From Lama guanicoe (lineage: Eukaryota), in assembly GCA_013239625.1 (NCBI GenBank), contig MU053487.1:372001-436000 (forward strand): a stretch of 64,000 nt of DNA. The letters run 5' to 3'. A program made the position numbers and the translations under genes. The notes beneath the pieces are model-generated. The model made no database searches. It was not told where the DNA came from and was given only the letters and a program-made list of their open reading frames with translations. The stretch's first letter is position 1. Every line of letters begins with the position of its first letter. Below are positions 38,570 to 50,285 of this stretch, in pieces.

Positions 38570-40796
38570 AAACAATCTGAAATTCCATAAATGAAGAAAT
38601 GGTTATGATATATCCATATTATGGAATACTATGCAACAGATCAAACAAATGAAACAGTTATACATGATGACATTGAAACATTAAAAAAAAAAATCACTAT
38701 GCCATAATGAATAGACAGCAAATGGCAAAAATTTGTTGAGAATGATAACAGTCAAAACAAAATCATCTATTTTGATATTTAATATGCATGTAAGGCAGAG
38801 TAAAATGTATAAAAAGACAAACTCCCTAGTAATAAAAGTGTTATCCCTGCTTTTATACCTGGGCTTGGAGCTTAGAGATGGTTCTGAGAGAATTTTTGCT
38901 TTATCTGCGTTGTTTGAATTTTGAAAAGGAAAAGATATTTATGTATTAAAAAAATATTTAAAAGTAAGTTAAAAATAGCATAATACGTTTGTTATATATG
39001 TTCACATGATACTAGTACAGTGTATATGTATTATATGTGAGAGACTAATATACAGAGGAGTACATATAAAATTATTATTAACTATAAATCCCAAGGTAAT
39101 CTGCTACTGTATATGTATATCTTTACTGCTTCCATTTAAAATTTTTTAAATAAAGGTATATTACTTTAATTATCAATAAAATCCAATAAAATTATTTCTG
39201 TTTTAAAGAAGAGAATATGCAGGAAGATTACCCTCTGAGCTTTATAAGAGATTGTTAATTTTTTTTAATCAATACGTTCTTAAACAGTCTGAGTGTATTT
39301 AGTATTACTTGTAAGAAAAATTAAGTAAATATACATTGATAGCCACTGAACCTATAATGTTTAAGAAAGAAAGAAAATCTGGATATGGCCCAGATCAAAT
39401 GCAACATTTAGAGTTGCTTGCAAATTAAGGTTTACAAATAACAAACTTGGCAGTGCCCTTAAGATTATGAGAACTTAAGTTGTTAATGTTGATGGCTTTT
39501 GCCTTAAAAACTGGAAGTTAAAATTATATTGTTATTTATTTCTATAAGGACATGTAAAACAATTATGTAAATTCTTGGAATAAACCATAATATACAAAAC
39601 TGGATTTACTATCATTTTCTCATTAATGTGTATATAATAGTTTAAATGACTGTTTATCAATATCATCATTTTGGTTAAGTTCACACCCTATTCCTCATTG
39701 TTCCAAAGGGACAAACTCCTTAGAGAGAAGTCATTATATAGCCATAAAAGAAGGCTGAAACTGTTAAGAGGTAAAACTCCCAAATACAGACAAGTCTTCC
39801 TTAAGAACGTAGTGAGAAACACAAAAAACATTTCTGGAGTAACCTCAAATTCCCCGTCATACACATCTCTGGTGTTGACATGGTTATAAAGTATACCTCC
39901 AAGCATCTTAACAAAAGGTTTAATAATAGAAAAAAAAAAGCACAAGTATTAAATGTTATCAAGGGCAATATCAAATGCACACTTGAGGCTCTGGACTTGA
40001 TTCTGGTTTGCTCTCTGGGCCTAGATCTGGCACTTAAATCTCAACAAGCCTTGGTTTCTCAATCTGTGAAATGGAAATACCAAAATACTCTGTACACTTC
40101 ACAGTTATTTGCACCTGAAGAGTTAATGTAGTATAAGTATACTGAAGTGCTTTGAAAAACTATAAAGCACTACAGAAATGTCTTTTTAAAATTATTCTTA
40201 TCACAATAAAACACTGGCAAGATCAACTTTTAATCAAATTATACCTGTATAGAATTCGTAAAAGACTAAATATTTTCTAGAGATCTACTTACTAGGGACA
40301 TCGACAAATCACAAGCATATCAATTTAAATAGTGTCCACAGCAAGCCATTTTGCTTCTTTATAATACTTGATCATCACAGAATTCTACTTGTTGTCAAAT
40401 ACAACAGGAAAGATGTCAAGTTAGCTAACTAAACCTTCCTGCCAAATCTGTCATTCTTCCAAAGGCCATGCTCTCTCTTCAAAGCTTTTGCATATATTCC
40501 ATATTTCTTCCAATATCCCTTTATATCCACCACCAAAGACTGAGGGTTTGCTTGGGTTGCAAGGTAAACTGTCATCTTTATTTGCCAGATCCCATACAGA
40601 CATATCAAGTAGAAAAAGATACCAAATGACAAGTATGCACACATGTGTACACATGCACATACAAGTGTGTACACACACACACACACAAGTGTCCTTCATT
40701 CTTTAGGGAGAAATATATTTCTTATACAGCAAATGATCGTCACTTTAAAAGGAAGTGCATTACACAAGCCAAAGAAGAAAAATAAATCTGACTTAC

Positions 40797-40812
40797 CATC
40801 TCCCATAGCCAT
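40797..40812 (-). CDS. CLASP2: Alternative first coding exon (CLASP2-gamma type): MAMGD + G
   Basis: ATGGCTATGGGAGATG|gtaagt with a consensus donor, phase 1; joins exon 8 to give MAMGDDKSFDDEE, the known N-terminus of the TOG1-less isoform. An in-frame TGA lies immediately upstream. Confidence 0.93.
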
Positions 40813-41700
40813 TCAGATGGTCCAGGGAGCTCTCTCAAACCAAGAGGTCAAACAGCACAGAAAATAAATGCAGCTTGGTGCCTGCGCCACTGGGCTCGGC
40901 CTGCAGCCTGCAGACACCCTGCAGACACCCGGAGCACTGTGTGACCCAGGCCGCGCTGCAGCTCTGCACCGCAATAGCCAACAGCTGCTACTCCACTTCA
41001 AAATAAAAGTCTGGGGTCTTGCCGAAAACCCTCGTCTATTTAGCAGAGCCTAGCAGAGCTTGATCAAGATTATTCTTTAACTGCACTTATGCCGTTAGAT
41101 ACAGGTTATGCTGTTTCTCCTTGTACTGGCTGCCTGAAATTTAACGTAAGAAAAGCTCTGGGAGCCAACAAATGCCATCCCGCTGGGGGACTTTTAATGC
41201 AATCATCAAAACACAAGGCATGTGTTCAGCAATCATTTTCTGCTTCCCTAAAGATATCCATGTAATCAGTAGCAATCACATGATCTGATGGATTAACTGA
41301 TTTGTGCCTTTTTTAAAGGTTTTCATCCTTCTGTCGTTACCTTTTAATATTTACAAAAGAGGACTGCTAAAAGTGCACAAACAGGAATAGCCTAGTTTCC
41401 ATGATTAACTGCTCTCATTATGCAGGAAGCATTTCTGGCTGCCGTAAACAAATCACGTCAAAGGCAGCCCATCAAAGGCTGCTCTGTGTGCGGACAGCCA
41501 GGGCCACACGGAACAAAGCTTGCTTCTGGTGGAGACAGAACCTAGCCAGTGCGCAGCTGCAGGGACACGGAACACCTCCATCCAAGCTGCACAACCATCA
41601 GCACATTGTCAAGCTCCGAGAAGGCCCTGGGGCTTGTGGTCACAAACAGATATCTTTTGAAATCAGCCTAAGAAAGGGGTTGCTTTGCTTTTCACCATAC
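40813..41700 (-). promoter_or_regulatory. Probable 5' UTR and internal promoter of CLASP2-gamma
   Basis: GC/CpG-enriched stretch with no recognisable repeat directly upstream of the MAMGD exon; TCACATGA E-box at 41276-41283 and TCACGTCA near 41453-41460. The TSS cannot be placed from sequence. Confidence 0.6.
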
Positions 41701-43685
41701 GGTGTGTTATAAACATATAAAAAAAACTAGACTTTAAGTTACCTTATTGTCTCTTTTAGCCAAATTTTATCAATGTAATTTCAAAGCCTAATTTCTATGC
41801 TTTATTTTATTGCCAGCCTCCTGGAACAATTCTTTTCCTAGCAACTGTTTCAGAGAAGCTGGGAAATGGTTTACAATGATTATATGCCAAGACTGCATTA
41901 GGTCCTACACAAACACTTGATAAATCAGAATTATGCATAGTTTTTTCAGTGAAAAAGCAAAAGACTTGCAGACCCAGCCACCAACATGTCGGTGTTTACA
42001 TCTCAGTTAGCGTAGGAGCCTGTCTAGGAAGCTCCACGACAACACCAGACCCCCATAATCACAGGGGCCTGCAACGTTCAGTCTTCACCTTCCTCCAGGG
42101 CTAGTGTTTCTTCCTTCAGCCACGATTTGATTAATTTTAAATCCAGTTTCCTTCTAATAGCAGAGCTAATTCCACTGCAGTTAAGGATTCTGCCTAACTT
42201 ACTCTGTAATATGAGAAGTCAGGCTTGAAAAATCCTTAAGACAAAAAAAATGCCGTGTATTTCTCACTACTTCCAAATTATATGACATACTCAAAATCTC
42301 CGATAATAGAATTTACTTTGTGTTCTTGAGTGTGCTGAACTACTCTAGAAAATCAAGTCAAAGAGTTCAGTCAAAACTTAAATCAAAACAGTACAGATAC
42401 AGCAATCACAAAAGAAATCTCAGAGCATGAGCAGTAAAGTTACGTATGAGGACACGCATGAGGGGAGAACAGGTAGACAAAAGAGAAAATAAAGAAACAG
42501 ACTATTTTTCCGGACAATAAATGTATATAAGATAGTCTCAGGCCACATCACTCTCACCCACTAACGCCTCTCCAGCCTAAAACCCTTCCCACTCCCAGAA
42601 ATCTATCAAAACTCCTCCATGGCCTACCAGGCCCTCAAATCGGTTCCTGCTTACTTCTCCAATTATGTCTCATACATGATCTCCCTTCTGATCCACCCCC
42701 AGCCTTGCTAGGCTCCAGTCAGCCCTAGACCTCCCTTCCATTCTTCAAATGTACTAAGACCTTTTCCACCTCTGGCCCTTTATGGTCAGGTTTTCTCTGT
42801 CCAAAGCATTTTTCCTACCACGTATCCAATGACTAGCTCATTCTCATTTATCAGGTCTCAATTCAAATATGTCAGCTCTCAGGGAGGCTTGCCCCACTGT
42901 TCTACCTCAAATGGCACCCCTTAGTTACTTAACCTCCCCACACCCTATCTACTTAATGACTGTGCAGATGACAGCTTTCACCTATGGTGGCTCTTAAAAC
43001 CTTATACTACCTTTACCACAAATTCTCTGGGGCTTGTTTTTTTGTTTTTTGTTTTGTTTTGGGGTTTTTTCCTCTGTATTTACTAAAATGACTTTTCATC
43101 CCCAAACACTCTAAATCGATATATTATGAGAAGCATGATATTTCACTATTATGGTTTCAGGCAAAGACACATTAAAAACTTCAAGTTACCATAAAAGCTT
43201 CTAGTCACAAAATATCAAATGAAACAAATCTGAATTGAATGATATATCTCAGTGAATTCACAATAATTTGCTTTCCATATGTATACCAAGTGAGAGAGAG
43301 AAAAGATGGTATTTTTAATAGCTCTTCAATCTACTGTGTGCATGAACTACTTCCACAAGTTTCCATGTTGAACCTTTATTTTACCCTAAAACATTTTCCT
43401 AGTCTATAACTATATTTTAAAGTTTGAGTGCACAATAATAATGAGCCAGCAAAAGATTGAAAATTATGTGGGAAAATATTGTGCAGAAATAAAAAAGGAG
43501 TGGAATAAACTTTCAATATATTACTTTATGTGCAAACTATTTATTTGCATTCAAATTGCTAGTTATAAGAATTTGTTTTCAGTGCTCAATTGATAAATTC
43601 TTCTACCTGTGAAAATTATTCATGTATCTTGGGTTGGGATGAAACAATACTATACAGTTAGGAAAAACTAGCAAATAATATTTTT

Positions 43686-43964
43686 TAACATTTTTTATTG
43701 ATTTATAGTCATTTTATAATGTTGTGTCAAATTCCAGTGTTCAGCACAATTTTTCAGTCATTCATGGACATATACACACTCATTGTCACATTTTTTTCTC
43801 TGTGATTTATCATAACATTTTGTGTATATTTCCCTGTGCTATACAGTGTAATCTTGTTTATCTATTCTACAATTTTGAAATCCCAGTCTATCCCTTCCCA
43901 CCCTCCACCCCCCTGGTAACCACAAGTCTGTATTCTCTGTCTGTGAGTCTATTTCTGTCCTGTA
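43686..43964 (-). mobile_element. L1 3' UTR fragment with TSD, related to the 36-38.5 kb L1
   Basis: Reverse complement aligns by eye with 38290-38560 (aagatta.actgtatagcacagggaaatata...atgtgacaatga...acactggaa.ttgacacaacatt); TSD agc(a/g)aataatattttt at 43670-43685 and 43965-43980. Confidence 0.9.
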
Positions 43965-46374
43965 AGCGAATAATATTTTTACTCAGTGGCTTTTCACTTT
44001 ACAGCAAGGATTTTAGAATAATTTATATTGATTTCATTAAATTCACTAAACAAAGGGTACTTGTATTTCTTCCATTACTAACTATAATCACCCTGGATAT
44101 CCATCTGTTTACTTGTTTATGATCTATCTCCCTCACTAGAATGTAGGCTACTTGAGGCAGAAACCTGAACTGTCTTCTTCATTTTTGTGACATAATTCAT
44201 CTACATCTTAAGAAGACTAGTCTCACTTCTGGGTAGAAAACAGGAGTCCAGGAGCCAAACACGGAAGAGAAATCTATTGCAGTGATCCAGGTAAAAGCTA
44301 AAAGAGGCTTAGAGTAGGGTTTTAGCAGTGGAGATGGGAGGAAAAGAAAAATAAAAAAAGCAAATTTGGCATGTTAGGACTTCAGAGGTAGACATGACTG
44401 ATTAGTTAGAATGGGAGATCAATTCTAACTACTTCTAATCAGTAAAATTTTTAGCCTGAGCTGATGGTGGTGCCACTGACTGAAGTGGGTAAGCTGGGGA
44501 AAGACCAGATTTGAGGGAAAGGAAGAGACAATAGGGTTTCACTTTTGGACCTGTTAATCCTGAGATGCCTATTAGACATCTAAATAGAAATGTCATCGAG
44601 GCCACAGGCTCTCAAGTCTACAGCTCCGAGAGATGAATGAGAGCTAGACCTACATGTGGAGGAGTCATCAGCAAACAGCTATCACTTGAAGCCTTTGGGC
44701 TGGGTTAGATCACTGAGACGAGGGGACAGAGAGGCTTGGGCCCTGGGACCTGCCAAAATGGTAAATAGGCTTTCCACTTCTAGTCTCTTCCCTTATTAAT
44801 GAAGTCAGTAAAGTATTTTTCAATGACACCATAATACTGTCATCAAAAATCATCATGACCAACTTCTACACCCCAATATATATATATACCATAGACTTTA
44901 ATGTTCACATTTGATTGTATTTGCAATATTCCAATCATAAGCTCTAAAACAAAAAGATCTCTAAAGACTCCCTCCAAGAGAAATAAATGCCAGACACTAA
45001 TCCCAAACCTCCCTGTTTACAGGGAGATAATCAAAAGAAAAAGAAATGGGAGCTAAAAGAATAGGAAACAAAAAAATCTATTTTGAAGGTAACAGAAATA
45101 ACCTCATAAAATCCAAGAATGACAATGCTTTCAAAATAAACTATATCCAAATAATAAACATCTTAAATTTATGGTATGCATTACACCTTTTTTCTTAGAA
45201 TTGTAACTACATACTCTGGAATACACAAATGAGAATGCACTATAAATGCTGAATGGTAAGAAACCACACAAGTCTCAACTGAAGAAATTTTAACAATTCT
45301 CCATCTTCTTGCTGTTTCTGGTCTCTGTGGAAATAGGGCTCATGGAAAAATAAGGAAAAGGTACTTGAAACACCTTCTATTCAGAGAAGAGGAGAGAGAA
45401 ACAGCTGGCAATCAGGGTGAGGACTGGTAATGCTGAAGTCAATTTATGCTTCTGTTACTAAGTTTAGATTAGGGTAGACACAACCGTTTTAACACTAAAT
45501 TCTCACACCATCTGCCTTCCTGCAACACGACAAGGCTCAGTCTTGGTTTAACCCAGAGAAAAAGCACTAAACTATATTAGTAACTAGTTTCCTATTATTT
45601 CACTGTACAACTCCCACACCAAATTTTTTCTCCAACATCATTCACGTGACTAAGCTAACCACACTCTCTTTAATATGAATCTACTTTCCCAGATGGAAAG
45701 ACCACCTCTACTATCTTTGGAAACAGAATATATTCTTTACATACATGGTTAATTAATATTTAAGCACTGAAGTAAGGGAAATGAGACCCAGTAAGACCAA
45801 ACACAATTTAACAACCTTACAAAAAGAAGAGCAACCACAAAATCAAATAAATGCCAGATACCAACTCCAAACTTCCTTGAATTCCAACTTGGTCTCATTC
45901 TAATTAAGAAGCCAAAGATGACTATACTGGTGAAGTTCCTATGGCTGTGTCTCTTCACCAGTATCATCAATGACAGATACAATACAGTAATCAATCCCAC
46001 AATTTCTACTAAAAACAAGTAAGCAGAACAATTACTCTGGGAATAAAAAGTACATTTTATGCGTGGAACATAGACGGCAAGAGGGTCATCCTATCTTCAA
46101 CCCAGAAGACACAAAAAATAAGGCAAAAGAACAGTATCATTTTTCACAACTGACCCATTATTAAATCTTCACTTGCTTTGAGAGTCAGAGGGTAGGTAAT
46201 GATCAGCAGGTTGTAAAGACTTTGTTATTGTATCCTAAGTAAGTTTCAAGCCACAAAGTCAAGTCTGCTGAATCAGTGATACAAGAGTTGACCTAAAGAC
46301 AGTGTTTGGTGTATAAAACTTTGCTAAATAATCTCAGAAATGTTTGAGAACCGGAATAACTTAATTATTCTTAC

Positions 46375-46445
46375 CTTTGCAGACACTCAAAATCATACCG
46401 CCCGAACTTTGCACTTCATCAAATTTGGCAAGTATCATTTCTAAT
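46375..46445 (-). CDS. CLASP2: CLASP2-alpha exon 7 (71 nt, phase 2/1): LEMILAKFDEVQSSGGMILSVCK, end of TOG1
   Basis: attcccag|ATTAGAAATG...TGCAAAG|gtaaga; open frame. Confidence 0.96.
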
Positions 46446-46693
46446 CTGGGAATAAAGAATAAATTTTATTTGTTTGTCTTACATATAGTTTAAATAGAAA
46501 AAATTTCCCTCACCACTTCCCTGGGAAAAAAAACAATTCTAGGGATTCAATTAGCCCTACACAACTCTCTTCTATAATTAACTCACTTACTGAAAAGAGA
46601 CACAAAACCTATCTCTTTTCAGTAGAGAGAAGCAGTCAAACACAGATAGAACTCTACACACTCACAGGTATGTCTGTGAAAAGATAACTTTCA

Positions 46694-46899
46694 GGGTAAG
46701 GGATTAAGAGGTACAAACTTCTATGTATAAAATAAATAAGCTACAAGGACATAAAGTGAAACACAGAGAATAATATAGCCAGTATTTTATAACAACTATA
46801 AATGAAATGTTAATAACCTTTAAAAATTGTGAATCACTATGTTATATACCTGAAACTTATCAAATATTGTACATCAACTGTACTTCAATGAAAAAAAAA
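46694..46899 (+). mobile_element. L1 3' end fragment (older subfamily)
   Basis: aggtacaaacttctatgtataaaataaataagctacaagga...gaatcactatgttatatacctgaaact...atcaactgtacttcaatg plus A-tail. Confidence 0.75.
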
Positions 46900-49189
46900 G
46901 CTTTCATACAAAGCTGTTTCACATGTTTCATCATAAAATTATTTCTCCAAACCCATCAAAAACACTCTAGTGCCAACCTTATAATGAATCCACTCAATCA
47001 CCAAGACATCTTTTTAAAGTACATAAAAATCATGCTGAGGAAAATTAGGGCAAACATAAACACAATGAAATAAGAAATGCCAGAAATTAAAAAAAAAAAA
47101 AAAGAAATGCCAGAAATTAAAGTAATACTAATATGACTGATAATCTGATGTTTTCCCTATTAACCTATTTTAATTTAATACCAACTCTACTAGTGCTTCT
47201 GATTTTACATTCAGAAAAATTACTTTTTACATTTCTGTTATCACTTGTTTATAGTTACTAGTGTTTTTCTTATTTCTAAAGCAACGTACACCCATTATAA
47301 AAGTAAATTAGGAAATGTAAATAAAAACAAAGAAAAATCCCACAATCCCACAATCCACAGAATTTATTTAACTGCTTGCTTTCTGATGCTTTATATTTAC
47401 ATATAAATTTTCTTCAGATCAAAATGGGACCATGCTGACAGTACTATTTTTTACTTCCTAATATATACCATGCTATGATTCATTCTTAAATGTGTAACTT
47501 AGAGATTTGGGGAAGTCTTTAATTGCCAAGTGTTTTTCTCTGACTTCCACCAATGTTTCTGTCATAATTTCATTTCTAAAACCTTAGTTAAGTCTTGGTC
47601 CACATCCTGTCATTTCTTACTTATAAACTGAGAGTGCAAATGCTGTTTTGTCTAAAACAATTTTTTTTAGTTGAAAATCTCTAAAATAAAAACCTTCATT
47701 TTAATAGGAATTCTAAACCTTAACCTCACCTTCTACCCCCATTAAATTCAACAAATAAAAATATTCACGCATCTGGAAGCACTTGAATCACAAGACACAG
47801 ATCCCTTCATCCTACAGCGTTAGATGGATCTTCCAGAGAGCTGGACAGACACTAGACATGTTGCCAGAGATGAGATGTGGATAAGATGAGATGAGGGAGG
47901 GAACACTGGAATTGGAAGATGGAACCTCAAAATGAACCATATTGGCCAGAAAGAGAAAGGAGAGGATTTAGGAGAGCTCTTTGGGAAAAAAGCAGAATAA
48001 GATGTCAAGAAGTGTGACAGTAGCAAAATGGGTGCAGGAAACTAAGGGCTGAAAGCTCTGAGAGAAAAGACAGCTGGTAAGGAATTGAGGTGGGACAGAT
48101 AAAATACACAGCAAGGAATGGAGATACACGCAGCTTTAATGGGAAGAGGGGGTGGGTCAACTGAAATACTAGGCAAATATAACAGTAACAAGGAGAAGGA
48201 GAGGAATGGAGGGAGGGAGGAAGGAAGAAAAAAGAGTCAAGGTGTAAGATGTCACCCAAAGGTCTTCTGGGATTGTGCTGGGCTGGGAAAGACACACAGA
48301 GATGCTTACATCATTCGCCTCATTTTGCTGCCCGCCCTCACTTTCTCTTTACACTCCTACTCTCTCTTCTCAGTCTCCATTTCCTTCTACTGCTTCTTAC
48401 CGTACCAATTTTTATGTGAAACAAATACTAACTTTGGTATTTATTGAAAAGATTTTAGTACCCTGTTCAAAATTTACAAGGAGTACATTCATACCTTCCT
48501 ATTTTTAAACCAAACAAAAAACTAAATAGTTCAATTTTCTTTCTCTGTGGTTCTCACTGGATTGCTCTCACCTCTGATCATTAGACCTCAAATAATAAAA
48601 AGCTATCATAAAATAATACAGCTAGTTAGAAAAAAAAGTGTATTCATAAGGGAGGATCATTACACATATACTATGATGGAAAAGGAGGAAAGAAACAATG
48701 TAAGAGCAGAAAGAAGAGACTAGAATCTTTTGAGTCATTCAGGAAGGAAAAAAAAAAAGGAAATTCAATAGAAGGCAAACACAATTGAGGCTGGAATGTC
48801 CAAAAGACTATAAACACAACTCGGGAAACCAAGGAATAGAGGCCTGTAAAGCTCTGGAAGGTTCTGATTCAGGATAAGTACAGAGACCAGCAAAGCACTA
48901 GAACAGAATTAGAAAAGCAACTCTATACAAAGTCCATATTTAAGTTTACAGTCATAGCAATAAATCACAAGTACAATATGAAGGAGACAATTAGGTATCT
49001 CAACTTATCCCTTTTTGTATAACAGCCCATTATTGTGATAAGACTCATACCATACAATTCAATGGTTTTTAATATAAAGCCAGAGTTGTGCAAGCACCAT
49101 CACAATCAATTTTAGAACATCTAAACTGAGCACAGAAATGTCTAATTATAAAAGAAATGACTAAGAACTACACTACAGTTAAGAACTTA

Positions 49190-50285
49190 CATACATTGAA
49201 AGACATCATCAAGAAAGTAAAAAGGCAAGTGACAGGGTGGGAGAAGATACCTGAAACTACAGATTTAGATAGTGACAATGGGCCTGTATCTAAAATATAT
49301 TTTAAAAAGTCCTACTAACCAAGTTTTTAAAATGACAGACCACCTAATTTTTTTAAACAGACAAGAGACCTGAAAAGACACTTCAACAGAACATATCAGA
49401 ACATATCCAACTAGCTGATAAGTACATGAAATGGTGCTCTTTTTTAGTAGTAATCAGAAAAATGCAGATTACAACCATAATGACAACATATGCACCAAAA
49501 ACCTGAAGTTAACAAAAATTAAGACTAACAATGACAAATAGCAGTGAAAATGTTGACTAATGAGAACTTGCCAACGGTGAGAATATAAAAGGGTACAACC
49601 ACTCTGAAAAATTGTCTGTGGATATCAACTGAAGGCGAACATACCCTATGGCCCAGCAATCCACTCAGATATATTCCAAGAGAAAGAATACGTAAGTATA
49701 CTGAAAGACATGTTTAAGTATGTTTCTAACAGCATTATTCTAAAAGCTACAAACTGAAGACTCAAAAATCCATCATAAAGTATGGCCTGTTCAACAATGG
49801 AAAACTACATGGCAATGAAAACAAACAACTATAGCTGCATCTGACAACCCAAATGAATTTCAAAACGATAACATTAAAGAAGCAAGACACAAAAGTCCAC
49901 ACTACATGATTCCATTTATAAAAAATTCAAACAGGCAAAACTAAAGTATGGTGACAGAAGTCAGGAATGTGGATACTTTTGGGAATGAGAAAAAAGGCAA
50001 GGATTTGAAAAGATTGGAGATGGGCGTTATAGCTCAGTGGTAGAGCACATGCTTAGCACACACAAGGTAGGTCCTGGGTTCAACCCTAAGTACCTCCATT
50101 TAAAAAAAATTAAGATTTGGGGAGGCTTCTGGAACATTGTAATGTTCTACTTCTTCAACTGTTTGGTAGATAGATGGGTATATTCACTTTGTGATAATTT
50201 AACAAGCTGCATACTTATGACTTGTGCACTATTCTGTATGGATGTCACAATTGAATACAAATTCTAAATACTTGAAAAAAATCTC
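49190..50285 (+). mobile_element. Ancient L1M 3' region carrying a nested SINE
   Basis: agacatcatcaagaaagtaaaaaggcaag...tgggagaagata...ccctatggcccagcaatccactc...tacatgattccatttata...acaggcaaaactaa. Confidence 0.7.
50018..50110 (+). mobile_element. tRNA(Ala)-derived SINE (short Vic-1-like)
   Basis: tatagctcagtggtagagcacatgcttagcac...ggtcctgggttcaaccctaagtacctccatttaaaaaaaa; TSD-like aagatt(t)gg. Confidence 0.8.

Noticed and set aside
40813..41001. 62-aa ORF in frame with the gamma ATG as an N-terminal extension
   Set aside because: It begins at TTG and stops at TGA immediately before the ATG, so it cannot extend the protein.
43724..44122. 132-aa plus-strand ORF
   Set aside because: Runs antisense through an L1 3' UTR fragment and on into flanking intron; GTG start.
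14697..50110. tRNA genes suggested by A/B boxes
   Set aside because: All five copies have SINE tails, several have TSDs, and the stems are mutated; they are SINE heads.
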